A stretch of DNA of 63,411 bases, filler included, from Globobulimina sp. (taxonomy: Eukaryota): the NCBI GenBank assembly GCA_003354225.1. It is 17 parts of 17 records of this genome, joined end to end, with 100 filler letters (N's around TTAATTAATTAA, not from the genome) between each part and the next. Parts side by side here need not be neighbours in the genome. Positions count along the whole stretch, not along the records: positions 33,648 to 37,282 come from PIVH01002347.1; positions 37,383 to 41,016 come from PIVH01002348.1; positions 41,117 to 44,749 come from PIVH01002349.1; positions 44,850 to 48,482 come from PIVH01002350.1; 13 more parts are not named here. One strand, given 5' to 3'. The notes beneath the pieces were generated by a model. The model worked only from the letters and a program-made list of their open reading frames with translations, was not told where the DNA came from and made no database searches. Positions 34,465 through 47,334 of the stretch are shown here, piece after piece (position 1 is the first letter of the stretch; each line of letters begins with the position of its first letter). The position numbers and the translations under genes were made by a program.

Positions 34465-36141
34465 ATGCGTGAAATTATTTCCTTACATGTCGGCCAAGCT
34501 GGAATACAAGTTGGAAGTATGCAAATCATTCATATTATGCATGAAAATAAACCATATATTACGTGACAATAAACCAAAATAACTAGATTCATGTTGGCAA
34601 CTATATGTCACCGAACATGGCATAAATCCCGATGGAACCCTAAATGACCCGAATAGTAAACAACACCAAAAGAAAACCTACGGAGACCCAGCATTTTCCA
34701 CCTTTTTTATAGAAACCGGCGCAGGGAAACATGTGCCACGATGTGTATTTTTAGACTTAGAGCCAACTGTAATTGATCAGGTTCGTAATGGAGAATATAA
34801 AAAATTATTCCATCCCGAACAATTAATATCTGGTAAAGAAGATGCCGCAAATAATTATGCACGCGGTCACTATACCATTGGTAAAGAAATTGTTGATTTA
34901 TGTTTAGATCGCATTCGTCGATTAGCGGACAATTGTTCTGGTTTACAGGGATTTTTATTTTTTAATTCTGTTGGTGGCGGCACTGGATCAGGTATTTTTA
35001 TTTTTTTTTATTTTGCAATCTCATTTTGACACAAAATAACGATTTAATTTGCAACTAGCAATCTGAGAAATGATTTTTGTTCGGTTTTTACCTAACTTTC
35101 ATTGGGTTTGCACGTACTTTTTGTACGTATATAAGGTTTGGGATCGTTATTATTGGAGCGATTATCCGTAGATTACGGCAAAAAATCGAAATTAGGTTTT
35201 ACAGTTTTCCCATCGCCGCAAGTATCCACCACAGTGGTCGAGCCATATAATTCTGTGTTATCCACCCATTCATTATTAGAACACACAGATGTCGCTGTTA
35301 TGTTGGATAACGAAGCTATTTACGACATTTGTAAAAATTCATTGGATATCGAACGGCCAAAATATGACAATTTAAACAGGTTTGCAATGCACACACATAT
35401 CCGAGTTGTTATATATATATTTATTGTAATATGATGTAATAATAATAAAAAAAATAAATATATTTTAGATTGATTGCACAAACCATCTCATCGTTAACAG
35501 CTTCGTTGCGATTTGAAGGTGCCCTAAATGTGGACATAAATGAGTTCCAAACGAATTTAGTCCCTTATCCACGTATACATTTTATGTTATCTTCGTACGC
35601 TCCGATCATAACGCCCTCGAAGGCGCGTCACGAGCAAATGAGTGTGAATGAGATCACGACCCAAGCATTCGAGCCCCGCTCTATGATGGCCAAATGCGAC
35701 CCGCGAATGGGCAAATATATGGCCACCTGCTTAATGTATCGCGGTGACGTAGTTCCTACGGAAGTGTCTGCCGCGGTGTCTATGATTAAGACGAAGCGAA
35801 CCATCCAGTTTGTGGATTGGTGTCCGACTGGTTTTAAAGTGGGCATTAATTATCAGAAACCATCAGTAGTACCAAACGGTAATTTAGCACAAGTCTCGAG
35901 AGCAGTTTGCATGATTTCAAATTCGACCGCCATTGCAGAGGTTTTCAGTCGCATTGATCATAAATTTGATATGATGTACGCAAAGAGAGCATTCGTGCAT
36001 TGGTATGTCGGCGAAGGAATGGAGGAAGGCGAATTTTCAGAGGCTAGAGAGGATTTGGCTGCGTTGGAAAAGGATTATGAAGAAGTTGGAGCAGATTCGA
36101 TGGATCCTGATTATGATGAAAATGATGATGATCATTATTAA
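34465..36141 (+). CDS. TUBA: Alpha-tubulin paralogue with three introns (34517-34586, 34992-35135, 35380-35468)
   Basis: Spliced product [21 protein letters not shown]...GGGTGSG...[23 protein letters not shown]...Y; all three GT-AG junctions keep frame. Confidence 0.97.
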
Positions 36142-36397
36142 ATATATTATTGATTGATTGAATTTTATTTTTTTGCTTAGTTGGATAAATTGACTTTTTT
36201 TTTTTGCTTTTGATTTGATTGTAGTTTAAGTGGTTGGAAAATATACTAAATTTATAATTTATTTACATTTACAGATTTACTCGAGATATTTTTGTATCTA
36301 AACTTTAATAATGTAAACACATTTCATCTGAATTTTCAGCGTCAGAATGCAAGCAAATAACAAACAAAAACTCTAGTGACAATATTTTCTAGCTTTG

Positions 36398-37282
36398 ATG
36401 ATGGCAGATATGTTATTTTCAAATGACTCAAATGAGATGTTCTTAGTTGTTGGTGTTATTGGTTCATTTCTTTCATTGTTAATAGTGTTGATAAGTATTG
36501 TATTTGTAATCCATAATATACTACGGAACAATGGAACTTCAGACATTGAAATATCGCAAACCTCATCAATGGTGATGGTACGAAGTGGCAAAAACCTATT
36601 ACGATTTGCAACAGCCGGCCTACTTTTTTCTTTATTACCTCCGATAAGTTATACGTTTCTAAAATGCAATGTTGTTTTAGGAGAACACTTTAATCCGTCG
36701 GACCTTTGTGAATTAGCATGGTTTTTAGAATATTTTCCTTATGAAGTTGGTAAGTTAATGGTTTCAATATTTTTAATTTATAGGTTATATTCAGCATTTG
36801 ATAATTCCTTATATCATATTCCTAAAAAATACGTAACATATACATTTTTCTTATTTATTCCACTGTTAATATTATCTTATATTATTTTAGTATTATTAGC
36901 TTCATTTTTACCACAGCAACAATTTAAAATTAATATCACCGCAAACAATGGATATATTTACTGCGGATATGACCATATATCCATTGTATTTATCTACTGT
37001 CGAATTGCTTCATTTATACGTGAAATAGGTTTCGGTTCTTTCATTTTATACACATTTATTTCAAGATTGCATGCTATGAATATTCAAGCACTACGAAAGA
37101 AGAAAAAGAATATTAATAAAAAAAAGAAAAAGTCAAAGTCAAAGTCGACAGCAAAAAAGAAAAAGAAATCGATCAAAAAATTAACAGAAACGCATGAAAA
37201 ACATTCAGTGATCGAAGTAAATGTTTATTCTTCGACTGGTGATGATGAGGAAGACGAAGCGCGACAAAAAAAGGAAACAATG
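36398..37282 (+). CDS. Orphan GPCR-like membrane protein, 3' partial
   Basis: Five TM helices, LC before TM3, YRL after TM3, long basic loop after TM5. Confidence 0.7.
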
Positions 37283-37382
37283 NNNNNNNNNNNNNNNNNN
37301 NNNNNNNNNNNNNNNNNNNNNNNNNNTTAATTAATTAANNNNNNNNNNNNNNNNNNNNNNNNNNNNNNNNNNNNNNNNNNNN

Positions 37383-37834
37383 GCCTCTTCAGCTTTGACT
37401 ATGAATAATACTTTGGCGTATTTTACAAATTCACGTTTGTCATCGCTCGATTGTCGGACGACAGTGACGTCACTGACAAATTTGTTTATTTCTCCCGCAA
37501 TTTGGAGGTCTATAACATTCGCCAAAAGACTAGCAAATCCATATTGGCTCATATCACTCGCTCTTTTTGCTTTGATTATCAGTTGGATTTCGTGCATTGT
37601 TTGCGTCGTATCGTGATAATCTAAAAAAGTTCTGACATACATCGCATTTTCGGCATAACATAATATAATTTGTTCCATGTCTCGCGCAGAAAAACCAAGA
37701 ATATTTTCAGTGATTACATAGTTATCACGACATTGAATAAAATCTAATTGCGCTCGACTTAATACTTTGTTAGCATTCTTAAAGTCTGCCATTCTTATTG
37801 CGATATTGCGTATGAATCTAATTATTACAATCAC
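37383..37834 (-). CDS. Hypothetical protein fragment
   Basis: Open frame to contig edge; no motif recognised. Confidence 0.4.
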
Positions 37835-37945
37835 CTATACTTCAAAAAATAAATTACTTTGTTTGTGGTCGAATGTTGCTGATTTGATCTAATAGTTTGT
37901 GTTCACAATTGAACTTTTGACTTTTGTTTTGTTCTCTATGCTTAG

Positions 37946-39307
37946 GGTTTATACCAAAAAAAATGTGTCTTTGAAGATCTTGCCGTCGATATATTTGAAT
38001 GTGCTGCTTTATCACCAATGTTACCAGAAATGTATGGAGCAAATCCCAATTTAAAATCACCCAATTTATACACACCGTTTTTGTGTGCGTGTTATCACGG
38101 AGACTTAGAATCTGTTCGGAGATTAATAGAGTTTGATGAAAAGGTATTGTTGGATAAACGGTTCGGAGCAAACGGAACAACAATTGCAGTACAAAAAAGG
38201 CATCAAGAGATTGTTGATTATTTGCATAAAGCTCATGGTCTACGAGAAACATTAGAAGATTATGGGAGTTTGCCAGTAACAAAATTATTATTTTTAGGGA
38301 CGTCTAATTGTGGTAAATCAACATTTTTCAAACAATTAAGAACTTTGCATGGAACGGGGTATGCAGATAAAGATAGATTGAAGTTTAAAGATCATATATT
38401 TTTCCAAATTGTTGAGCAAATGAGATTGTGTTTGGAATGTATAGAGGATTTAAAAGAAGAAGAATCCGAATATAAAGATATTGAATTGTCTGCCTCTGGT
38501 AAAGAGGCTGTAGATATTTTGCAAAGTGCGCCAACATTGAAAGTTAATTTGTATATTCGTATACAATTATAATCAATAAAATATATCTGTAATTAGGTAA
38601 CCCCACAAATTGCAAATGTAATAGAAACATTATGGAAGGAAGAGGCGATTCGGTTAATTTATGATTTAAGAGCAACAATGAAAATTGACGATTCTTCCGC
38701 TTATTTCTGGGATGAAGTACGTAGAATTGCTGCAAATGAGTATATTCCAAATGAGAGAGACATATTAATGGTTAGATATAGAACAACAGGTATAATTGAG
38801 CAAAAATTTGAGATTAAAAACAATGTATTTCATGTGTTTGATGTTGGCGGAGTGAAGTCAGAGAGAAAAAAATGGATTCATTGTTTTGAATCGGTGACTG
38901 CTGTAATATTTGTAGCATCCTTATCTTGTTTCGATGAAGGAATGTTTGAAGATGAAGAGAAAAATTCTATGGTTGATCAAATTGAATTATTCGACAAAAT
39001 CTGTAATAATGATTGGTTTAAAGACAGTTCAATGATATTATTTTTAAATAAAACAGATTTATTTGCAGAGAAAATCCAAACAATTCCAATTACTGTCTGT
39101 CCTGCATTTGAATCTTTTGATGGTGATACAAAATCATACGACGAAACTACTAAATATATTAAAGGAATATTTGAATCGCGTACATCTACAAAAAAAATAT
39201 TTACACATTTCACATGTGCTGCTGATACAAATCAAGTTGAAAAAGTATTTAATGATATTACCACTGTCATTTTTAATGCTTCATTGGTACAAAATAAAAT
39301 TATATGA
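37946..39307 (+). CDS. Ankyrin repeat - heterotrimeric G-protein alpha subunit fusion (intron 38543-38596); 5' end uncertain
   Basis: GANPN...TPFLCACYHGDLESVRRLIE...IAV.K.H.EIVDYL contiguous with KLLFLGTSNCGKST, RYRTTGI, DVGGVKSERKKW, FLNKTD, TCA. Confidence 0.9.
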
Positions 39308-39400
39308 AACACTTATATAAATATTATGCTTTGGTTCTGTCATTTTAATTTCATCTCACTTGCTCAACAATTTTACTCTCACAACACTAGCTCAAAAAGC

Positions 39401-40707
39401 ATGGCTCACTGTGGAAGCATTTCGTTGCGACAATATGTGATGCCAACATTTAGTTTATTATACATCGTATTTGCGACATTGTTACCAATTTGGAATATGC
39501 GATTTATCGGAATCCAAGGCAACATATCACACCATTTCCCACACCCATTCTCATTGATATTCATTGAATTTCTCTGTTCGACCTTTATATTTTGCATTTT
39601 AAACATGATTCAGACATTCATTATGCCGCACTTTGCAGCAATGTTAGCAGTCGACACTGCACACTCAATATTCAAAGTGAATAATTCTCAAAAGCAAACA
39701 CTTGCATTTTATGGTGCGGATGGAACAGGAATACGAAGGCCCGGTTTGTTCCAAGCTGTCGATTTCAACAAAACAGAGACACTCAATCTTGATTTTGAAA
39801 CCGTCCAAACCCAAACAGATCACACTGCGGCGGCGGCCAATGACAGCTTAATCAGCGGAATGAGCCAAATCACTGCATTGTTTACAATGTTTTATCTGCA
39901 GAAAAACACAAAAACGTATTTGAGACATTATTTCTGACCGCACCTGTTTCTGAAATATATATTGGTATCCTCGTATCAGTGGTCATTCATTCTTTTTACG
40001 TCTTTTCTTTGATTGCGTGTCTGTCCATAATGACCATTCTGTCCCTATCCATATTATATGAGTTTTCTGTGGTGACCCACGCCATTTTATATTTTAGTTT
40101 TGTTGATTCCAAATTGGAAATATATCATATCATCGGCTTAACGTGTGGCTATATCTCATGTTTCATGTATTTAATTGTGAGATTTGTAAACAATAAAAGA
40201 CATTCGAGGTTGCCTTGGAATGAATTTTTTATTCGTCAGGAAAGGATAAATTCGAATGAATCATTCAACACAATTTTATCGACGCCCATTGCAAACAATC
40301 TGTCACCGAAAACAAATATTTTCAAAGTGAATTTATTCTCGCCACCTTTTAACAAATTATCAGCGCAAAATCAACGCACTTTAAAGGAGTGCAGGAATGA
40401 GCAGGACGATGACGACTCCATTTTGTCAGTCTCCACTCATGAATACAAAAGCAAGTCGGATAAAAGTAAGACGTTTACGGTGGAATATACGCCAACGGAG
40501 GCAATACAGGAAAGGTTTGATGGTCCAAATATGCATAATAATAGGTTTGGATTACCAGGATATATTATATTGCCACAGCAACAACCGGAAGATGATGATT
40601 TATTGCATACCAATTTGATAAATGATAATATAAATCAACATCAAAAACGAAAAGATAAAAACTTAAATAAAATAAAAATACTCGACAATATTAGTGACCT
40701 TATATGA
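39401..40707 (+). CDS. Divergent DMT/triose-phosphate-transporter-like membrane protein with apparent frameshift near 39910
   Basis: N-terminal LYIVFATLLPIWN...FPHPFSLIFIEF pattern; multiple TMs continue in the frame of ORF 39979. Confidence 0.45.
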
Positions 40708-40872
40708 ATTCATTCGCTTTGGCTGACTCGATAATGTACAGCATTTTTTTTCATTTTCTCAATATTGTTTAACGTCCATTGTAACAAAAGCATAATATTT
40801 GAACAAAAAGGGAGCAAAAACATGTCAACTAAAAAAAAGACGAAACAAAAACAAGAACAAGATCAATAAATA

Positions 40873-41014
40873 TTATTCACAATGAAACGATAATAATTCA
40901 ATTTGCGAGTCAGAGCCTAAAACAACAGCCATTCGATAACAAGTATCCTCTTCAACTCTATACGCATTTCCTTGCGATTTGTCATTCACACAAAATGACA
41001 AATAGCCGCCGTCA
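40873..41014 (-). CDS. SPRY-like domain C-terminal fragment (absent from ORF track), 5' partial
   Basis: Manual translation DGGYLSFCVNDKSQGNAYRVEEDTCYRMAVVLGSDSQIELLSFHCE*. Confidence 0.55.
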
Positions 41015-41116
41015 AANNNNNNNNNNNNNNNNNNNNNNNNNNNNNNNNNNNNNNNNNNNNTTAATTAATTAANNNNNNNNNNNNNNNNNNNNNNNNNNNN
41101 NNNNNNNNNNNNNNNN

Positions 41117-41228
41117 TACAATCAAATACAGCTTCGGCTGCTAAAACAGCATTTGGTGCATTATTTTGGGCCGTTGCATGGAGACTGTTTATGGCCAATA
41201 CGAAAATGAGGGCGATTTGAATCATTAT
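41117..41228 (-). CDS. Secreted protein N-terminus, 3' partial
   Basis: Signal peptide-like MIQIALIFVLAINSLHATA. Confidence 0.45.
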
Positions 41229-41360
41229 GTATTTCGAGATGCGGATGAGAGAAAAAGCAAAGATGGTTTTTTGATGAAGAAATTTTTGCACAATTTTTCA
41301 CTTAACACTTGAGTGTTAATCATTGTTTCGAATCTTGTTAAAATTATTTATAATCCGTAG

Positions 41361-43418
41361 ATGTTGTTATTATCATTAGTTCTTATCATAAACTGCGTTA
41401 TTATTCCATCAAAATCACAATGGAAATGCAGCAAAGAAACAAAAGAATGTATATGTGATTCTAATATGTGCAGAATGGTTGGTCAACAGCATTATGATCA
41501 ATATATTTGTACCAGCACTGCTAAATCATGTTTAGTTAATTTCACCACAAAACCTGAAAACCATAAATTATATTAATATTACATCTAGGCGCAATACACT
41601 GCGATGACCATTATTCATGTTCCAATGCAACTTTTTATATGAAACCAATACAAAACAGTCAAATTATTTGCAAAGGAAACAATTCATGCTCCAATGTATG
41701 CAAAATATATTTCAATATAAAGTTTATATTATAAACAAACCTTTACACACAAAACAAAAACAAGAGCAACATTTATTGCGGAGGAGCTATGAATTTATGT
41801 GCTATAAAAATACACAACAACGGAATGAGTGACGGTTACATAAAATGTGATGACAGTGTTTCAAAATGCAATGTCGATATTAACTCCACTCCCAAACCGG
41901 ATCCATTTGCTACCAATAACATCATTGTCGAATGCAACCATCCCACACAATGCAACTTAAATGGATTCAACATAGACAATAAACGTTATTTACTGGACAC
42001 AAATTCGACAACAACAACTTCCACTGCATTGAAATCAGAGTCCGCTCCGTTAGAAATTCCTGATTTCTCTGTCATTGAATGTATGACTCTCTATTTCTTC
42101 AACTGTTTATAACATATCATATATATATATATACCGCTACTGCACAGATTTTGTAATTGCAATATCATTAATATTCTGCCTGGGTACCTTTGCAGTGTTT
42201 ATTGTAATTTGTTACTGTCAGAGGCTAAAACGCCAAGCTCTCAAACGTTTCCGTGCAGCGCAACAGATTCAAAAAACACAGCAAATCCAGTCACTGCAAA
42301 ACAGTTCCGCTTCGAATCTAAATTCCAACTCGAATTCAAGAGCGCAGTCTGACACAACTGATGTGTACAGCAATGTAACTCAGACGTTAACGCAAAGCCC
42401 AACCTTTCCAGAACAGAGCACACAATCAATGGAAGTGTGTGCATCCACTGTGCCTCCACCACCGCCACCACCTCCACCGCTGTCAAGTCCCTCTGTACCA
42501 CCACCACCGCCACCATTGCCGCCACCAATTGTCGAGCATAGCAAATCAATGACCAATGTGTCGTATTTCAGCAACGGAAGAAACAATAATTTTGCTGCTG
42601 ACAAAACGCCGTCAATTTCATATCATTCACTGGCAAAATCACAAAACATCCACGACATTATGGCTGAACTGGAGAGTAATCATAAGGCTCAAAATTCGAA
42701 TTCAATGTCAAAGGATGGGTGCCATCGTCATATCTATTATGTCAATATCAACCATGGCAACAATTCCTATCCGTATCATACAAATACTTTAAAAATACCA
42801 GATTCGCATAAGACCGCAGGTGGGTCAAATGGGCCAAGTTCCAGTTTGACATCGGTTACTTCCACGGTAACAAATATGTGCAGCTCAAGCAGTATGACAC
42901 CCATATCGCACACTGCATTTTCGTCGTGTACCTCTTCTGGCGGCTCCTCCTCATCCTCGCTGTCTTCGTCATGTACATCATCGGACTCATCCGGCTCTTC
43001 CTCGTCATGCAATTCGTCGTCATCTTCATGCTGTTCTTGTTCGTCATCGTCGTCGTGTTGTTGCAGCAGCTCAGAGAGTGAGAGTTGTGATAAATCATCG
43101 CTCAAATCTGAGAAAATAAATATGTATATTTGTGAGGATATTTATGGTGTGAAGAGTGGCAGAAATATGAATGTCAAGCACAGAGAAAGAAGGGGGAAGA
43201 GCTACAGACACGGTTTTAGCGTGAAAGTTGATGGCAAGCCACGAAAATGTGAAAGTGCAAAATCAAATGACGTTACTTCTGTTTTGGGCGATATTATTGG
43301 GATTAAAAAAATGAATGCAATATTTGCTGAAGATGAGAATCAATGTACAGAAAATTCACACTTTCCGTTGTCAGAAACACCTCAACCTCAAAGTATACAG
43401 AAACCGTACATTGATTAG
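41361..43418 (+). CDS. Multi-exon type I membrane protein: Cys-rich ectodomain, TM, poly-Pro and Ser/Cys-rich cytoplasmic tail
   Basis: Signal peptide at 41361, Cys-rich exons, TM FVIAISLIFCLGTFAVFIVICYC, then PPPPPPPP and SSSCCSCSSS tracts. Intron limits are approximate. Confidence 0.7.
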
Positions 43419-43695
43419 ATATATATTTATGAATGCTTTTTTTTGTTATTTTTTCCGTGTAATATCAAATATATCAAACTATTTGAACATTTGATATTTG
43501 ATTCCTTTTTTTTTACTTTTGTTGTTTGTTGTTTAGTTTTTATTTTTGTTTGTGTAATATTTCAACTTTCTTTCGTTTTTAAATTTATTTTTAATCGGTA
43601 GGTATGTTAACTCGTAAATAACAATGATGGCCCATCCAGTTCTCAAATATTACTTAAAAAACTGTGTTTTTTTTCTAAATCACGAAAACGATAAT

Positions 43696-44670
43696 ATGCT
43701 GTCCATGTTAAACAGTGTCAGATCAAACGTTTATGGCACAAAAAATATGCTACACAAGAGCATGTTGTTGCGAAATTATACATGTCCTGTATTTGTAACA
43801 TCTGCTAAATTGTTGGATTTATGCAATAACAATAATGATAAAGACATAATATTCGTTGATACTCGATCACCAAAACAATATTCTGAGAGTAGCATTGACG
43901 GTGCGATTAATTTACATGACGTTTTTACATATTTATTGCCGACATCAACACAAACAGATATTGATTTGATGCAACGTCATTTTCGTACATTATTGACTGG
44001 TTCAAATATTGTTTGCAATGACAATGAGTATGTAATTCTTTATGAAGACAATTTAAAAGCATTATATGGCTCAAGTTGTCGTGGATATTTTATATTAAAA
44101 TACATGGGACATCCAAACGTATCAGTCCTTGAAGGAGGATATCAAAATATTTTGCGTTTAAACGAAACGCAAAGAAAGCAAATTAAATCTGTGCGAAACA
44201 ATGATAATATTAGTTGTGATGCAGTAAACTCTAAATTTAATATTGACGAAAAGTATATGTGTGGCAATGAAAGAGTGTTATCTGTGGTTGAAGGTAAGTA
44301 TGATGCGCATTTATTAGATGTCCGAGATGAGATTGAATGGAATGGATTAAGCAGTTCTCCGTACGGCGCAGATTACTGTCCAAGGAAAGGTAGAATACCC
44401 AAATCAAAATGGATTGAATGGTATAAATTTATGGATAATAATGGTTTAATTAAACATTGTAAAGATGTGGAAAGAATGATGAATGAACAAGGTATAAATA
44501 AAGATGATGAAATTATAATTTATTGTTTTAAAGGTTCGCCGGCATAGAATACGTTGATGACATTAAAAGAATGTGGTTATAATAATGTTTCCAATTATTT
44601 TGCGTCATGGAATGAATGGTCGAGAAATATGGATTTACCCATTGATGAGAAAATATTAAAACCAGCTTGA
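43696..44670 (+). CDS. Two-domain rhodanese / sulfurtransferase with in-frame TAG at 44545-44547 (error or pseudogene)
   Basis: VDTR...SCRGYF.L.Y.G...LDVRD..EW...SSSPYG.D.CPRKGRIP...YCFKG; past the TAG the frame continues NTL..LKECGY..V.NYFASWNEWSR..LPI. Confidence 0.85.
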
Positions 44671-44927
44671 TCATGACCATAAGAATCCGACTTATCCTAT
44701 CATATTATACTAATGCTATCCTATATAATACTATACTATCCTATACTAANNNNNNNNNNNNNNNNNNNNNNNNNNNNNNNNNNNNNNNNNNNNTTAATTA
44801 ATTAANNNNNNNNNNNNNNNNNNNNNNNNNNNNNNNNNNNNNNNNNNNNATTTTATACCACTGTATTTTAGGGAATACAGCAGCTAAATATATTTATATC
44901 TCATAATTAAGGCGAATTATGAGTTTA

Positions 44928-44957
44928 GACATGACATTTTGTGCAAAATGTCATGTC
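44928..44957. repeat. Perfect 14-bp inverted repeat downstream of the DIRS-like pol
   Basis: GACATGACATTTTG-TG-CAAAATGTCATGTC. Confidence 0.9.
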
Positions 44958-45188
44958 AATGTAGCTGCATTTATAAATTTTATACAGAAACATTTTATTT
45001 ATGATGAATTTAGTAGAGATTAATCACAATAATTGACATGAAATTATTCGATAGAAATCATTGATTAATAAATAATATGATTGATTATAATGAGTATGTT
45101 GTGAAATAATTCAATTTAATTTGATTAGAGCGATATAATTGGATTAAAATACAGTATTTTTTGCATTCGATTATTAAATATTTAGACT

Positions 45189-46996
45189 TTAATATGGTTG
45201 CATATAGCATTTATATGGTGATTTTTCTCTAATTCTCATTGGCTGTTTAAGCCATTTAATAAAATTCTGATATTCATTTTTGTCTTGAACATAATGCATA
45301 TATTCATTTTTAGCAAATTCATACCGTCCAAAATAGTCAGGTTTAATTTCATTGAACCAGACATTAAATGTATTACATAATTGAACAAATTCAGTCATAT
45401 TAAATCGTGATAAGCGATCAGGAAAATAATTGAATGCCGATGGAAGCCATTCAAATCTGATATATATTTTATATTTTATTAATAATAAACAAACCTCGTA
45501 TACAAATATCATCATTTTATAGGAAGGGGCCCATTTACGAGTCATTGAATAATAACACACTGAATTGTCTGTATATAATTGAACAGCTTTTCCAGTTAAT
45601 TGGTGTTTGTGCGTCTCAATTAATGTAAGTATACAATGGGCCTCTTTTTGATTAATAGATAATACCATATCTTTTTTATTGAATTTATATTTCGCAAATA
45701 CTGATTCTAAGACATATCCTGCCCCAGTTCCACATGCATCTGTTGCAGCGTATACATTTATTGTGGGATTGTTTAAAATTGAGTACATTGATACAGTTTT
45801 AATATTATTTATCCATTTTAACCAAAAGCGTAAATCATTAATGATTGATAATGGTAATATGATAAAATCCATTTTATTTAATCTTCCATTACGTATATTT
45901 TTATGTATATATGCAATGGAATGATATGCCAATGCTTTTGTTGATTTATTTAACTGGCTCCAATGCATTATTTTGCCAGTTAATGACTCCAAGGCGCGAC
46001 CTGACGCAATTCTGTATTTTATGACTAATGTAATAAATCTCGTTAAGTCTTTTACTTTTTTATCTGGAATTGAGAGTGTTTTGTTTTGTAAATTCCAATA
46101 AATACCATACAAAACACCTCTTTGTATACAATTCAATGATTTGTGTTTGGATACTTTTACATATAATTCATCCAACAAATCATCGAATAATTGTGTTAAT
46201 AATACACAGTCAGATTTCGATTTTGCAGCAATCACAAAATCATCAATATGAACGAGAACGCAATTAATTAATCGTTGCTGTTCATGATTCAGTATACAAT
46301 TATTTAGGATCCATACTAAAATCGTTGAAAAATATTGAGAGTTACCGGGGGCTGAAGATACACCGTATGGTTGGCTTCGATCCCTAAATCTTAGGCCAAA
46401 TACGGAGTATCCCACAAAATCAGCATCACATTCTGGTAATTTAATTTGTCTGAAGAAGTCCGATAAATCTCTCAAAGACATATAATTATGATTTATTAAC
46501 AATTTTGTGTATTGTTTTAAGTTTGGTAGATCTCTCATATTGCATTTTTCTTTTCGTATCCATTCATTTATGGCAGTTTTACCTTTTTCGTGAAAGGAAC
46601 CATTTCTGATGACTCTGGTTTTTGTGTATAAACCAAATTCATCTTTTTTTGGTGTACCAAATATCATTAATACATATTTTGGATCGTGGTTAATTGGCTC
46701 AATCTGACCTCTCTGACACTCCTCAGTTAATTTGTCAATGAAGGAAATAATTTCATTTTTTGAGCGTGCTTTGTTGTTTACAGCCGTTGACAGGTTATTT
46801 GGTTCAATATTTTTGTTATAAAATGAGAGCCATAAAGGAAATCCATTTTCAATGAAATGAATTTCCAAATTTCTGTTTTGTTTATTTTTTAAATATTTTC
46901 TAAAGGCTTTAACATTGAAACTATTTTTATTTTTGTAACCTTCAGAATGAAGCTTGGCTAAATTCGCGACCTTCGACGCAATGTTGGTATCAATGG
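45189..46996 (-). CDS. Reverse transcriptase - RNase H (DIRS type)
   Basis: PKK...RVI, DLSDFFRQI, PYGVSSAP, HIDDF, DLRFW, ATDACGTG.G, INQKE, YTDN, N..PDRLSR; frame is open upstream of the track start to ~47012. Confidence 0.92.
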
Positions 46997-47334
46997 CTGA
47001 AACAGAACAAACTCAGAATACTATGGAAATATTAATGAATGGACAGAGAAAAAACAACATAACAACACAGTATTTGTGACATACAAATACAACATTGAAA
47101 ATTAGTTAAAGTTATAATAAATTTTAGATAATTGGAATTAAATAAATTTAGATTTTGTGAGTTAAACAAAGTGAGAAAATTATCAGTAATGAATGAAGAT
47201 TATTTAAAATTGAATATACAAACTATTAATTGATGCAAATTAAACCACAGCAAAGCAATAATAATTTTGAAGCCATTTATAATTTATATACACGAATTTA
47301 ATGAATATTCATATAAATAATAGAGCCAATCTAA

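Noticed and set aside
42776-43105. Antisense Asp/Glu-rich ORF and other short antisense ORFs in the track
   Set aside because: Shadows of Ser-rich or otherwise biased sense coding sequence; no independent evidence.
44690-44749. Telomere-like repeat at contig end
   Set aside because: Degenerate CTATA/CTATC low-complexity tract with no fixed unit.
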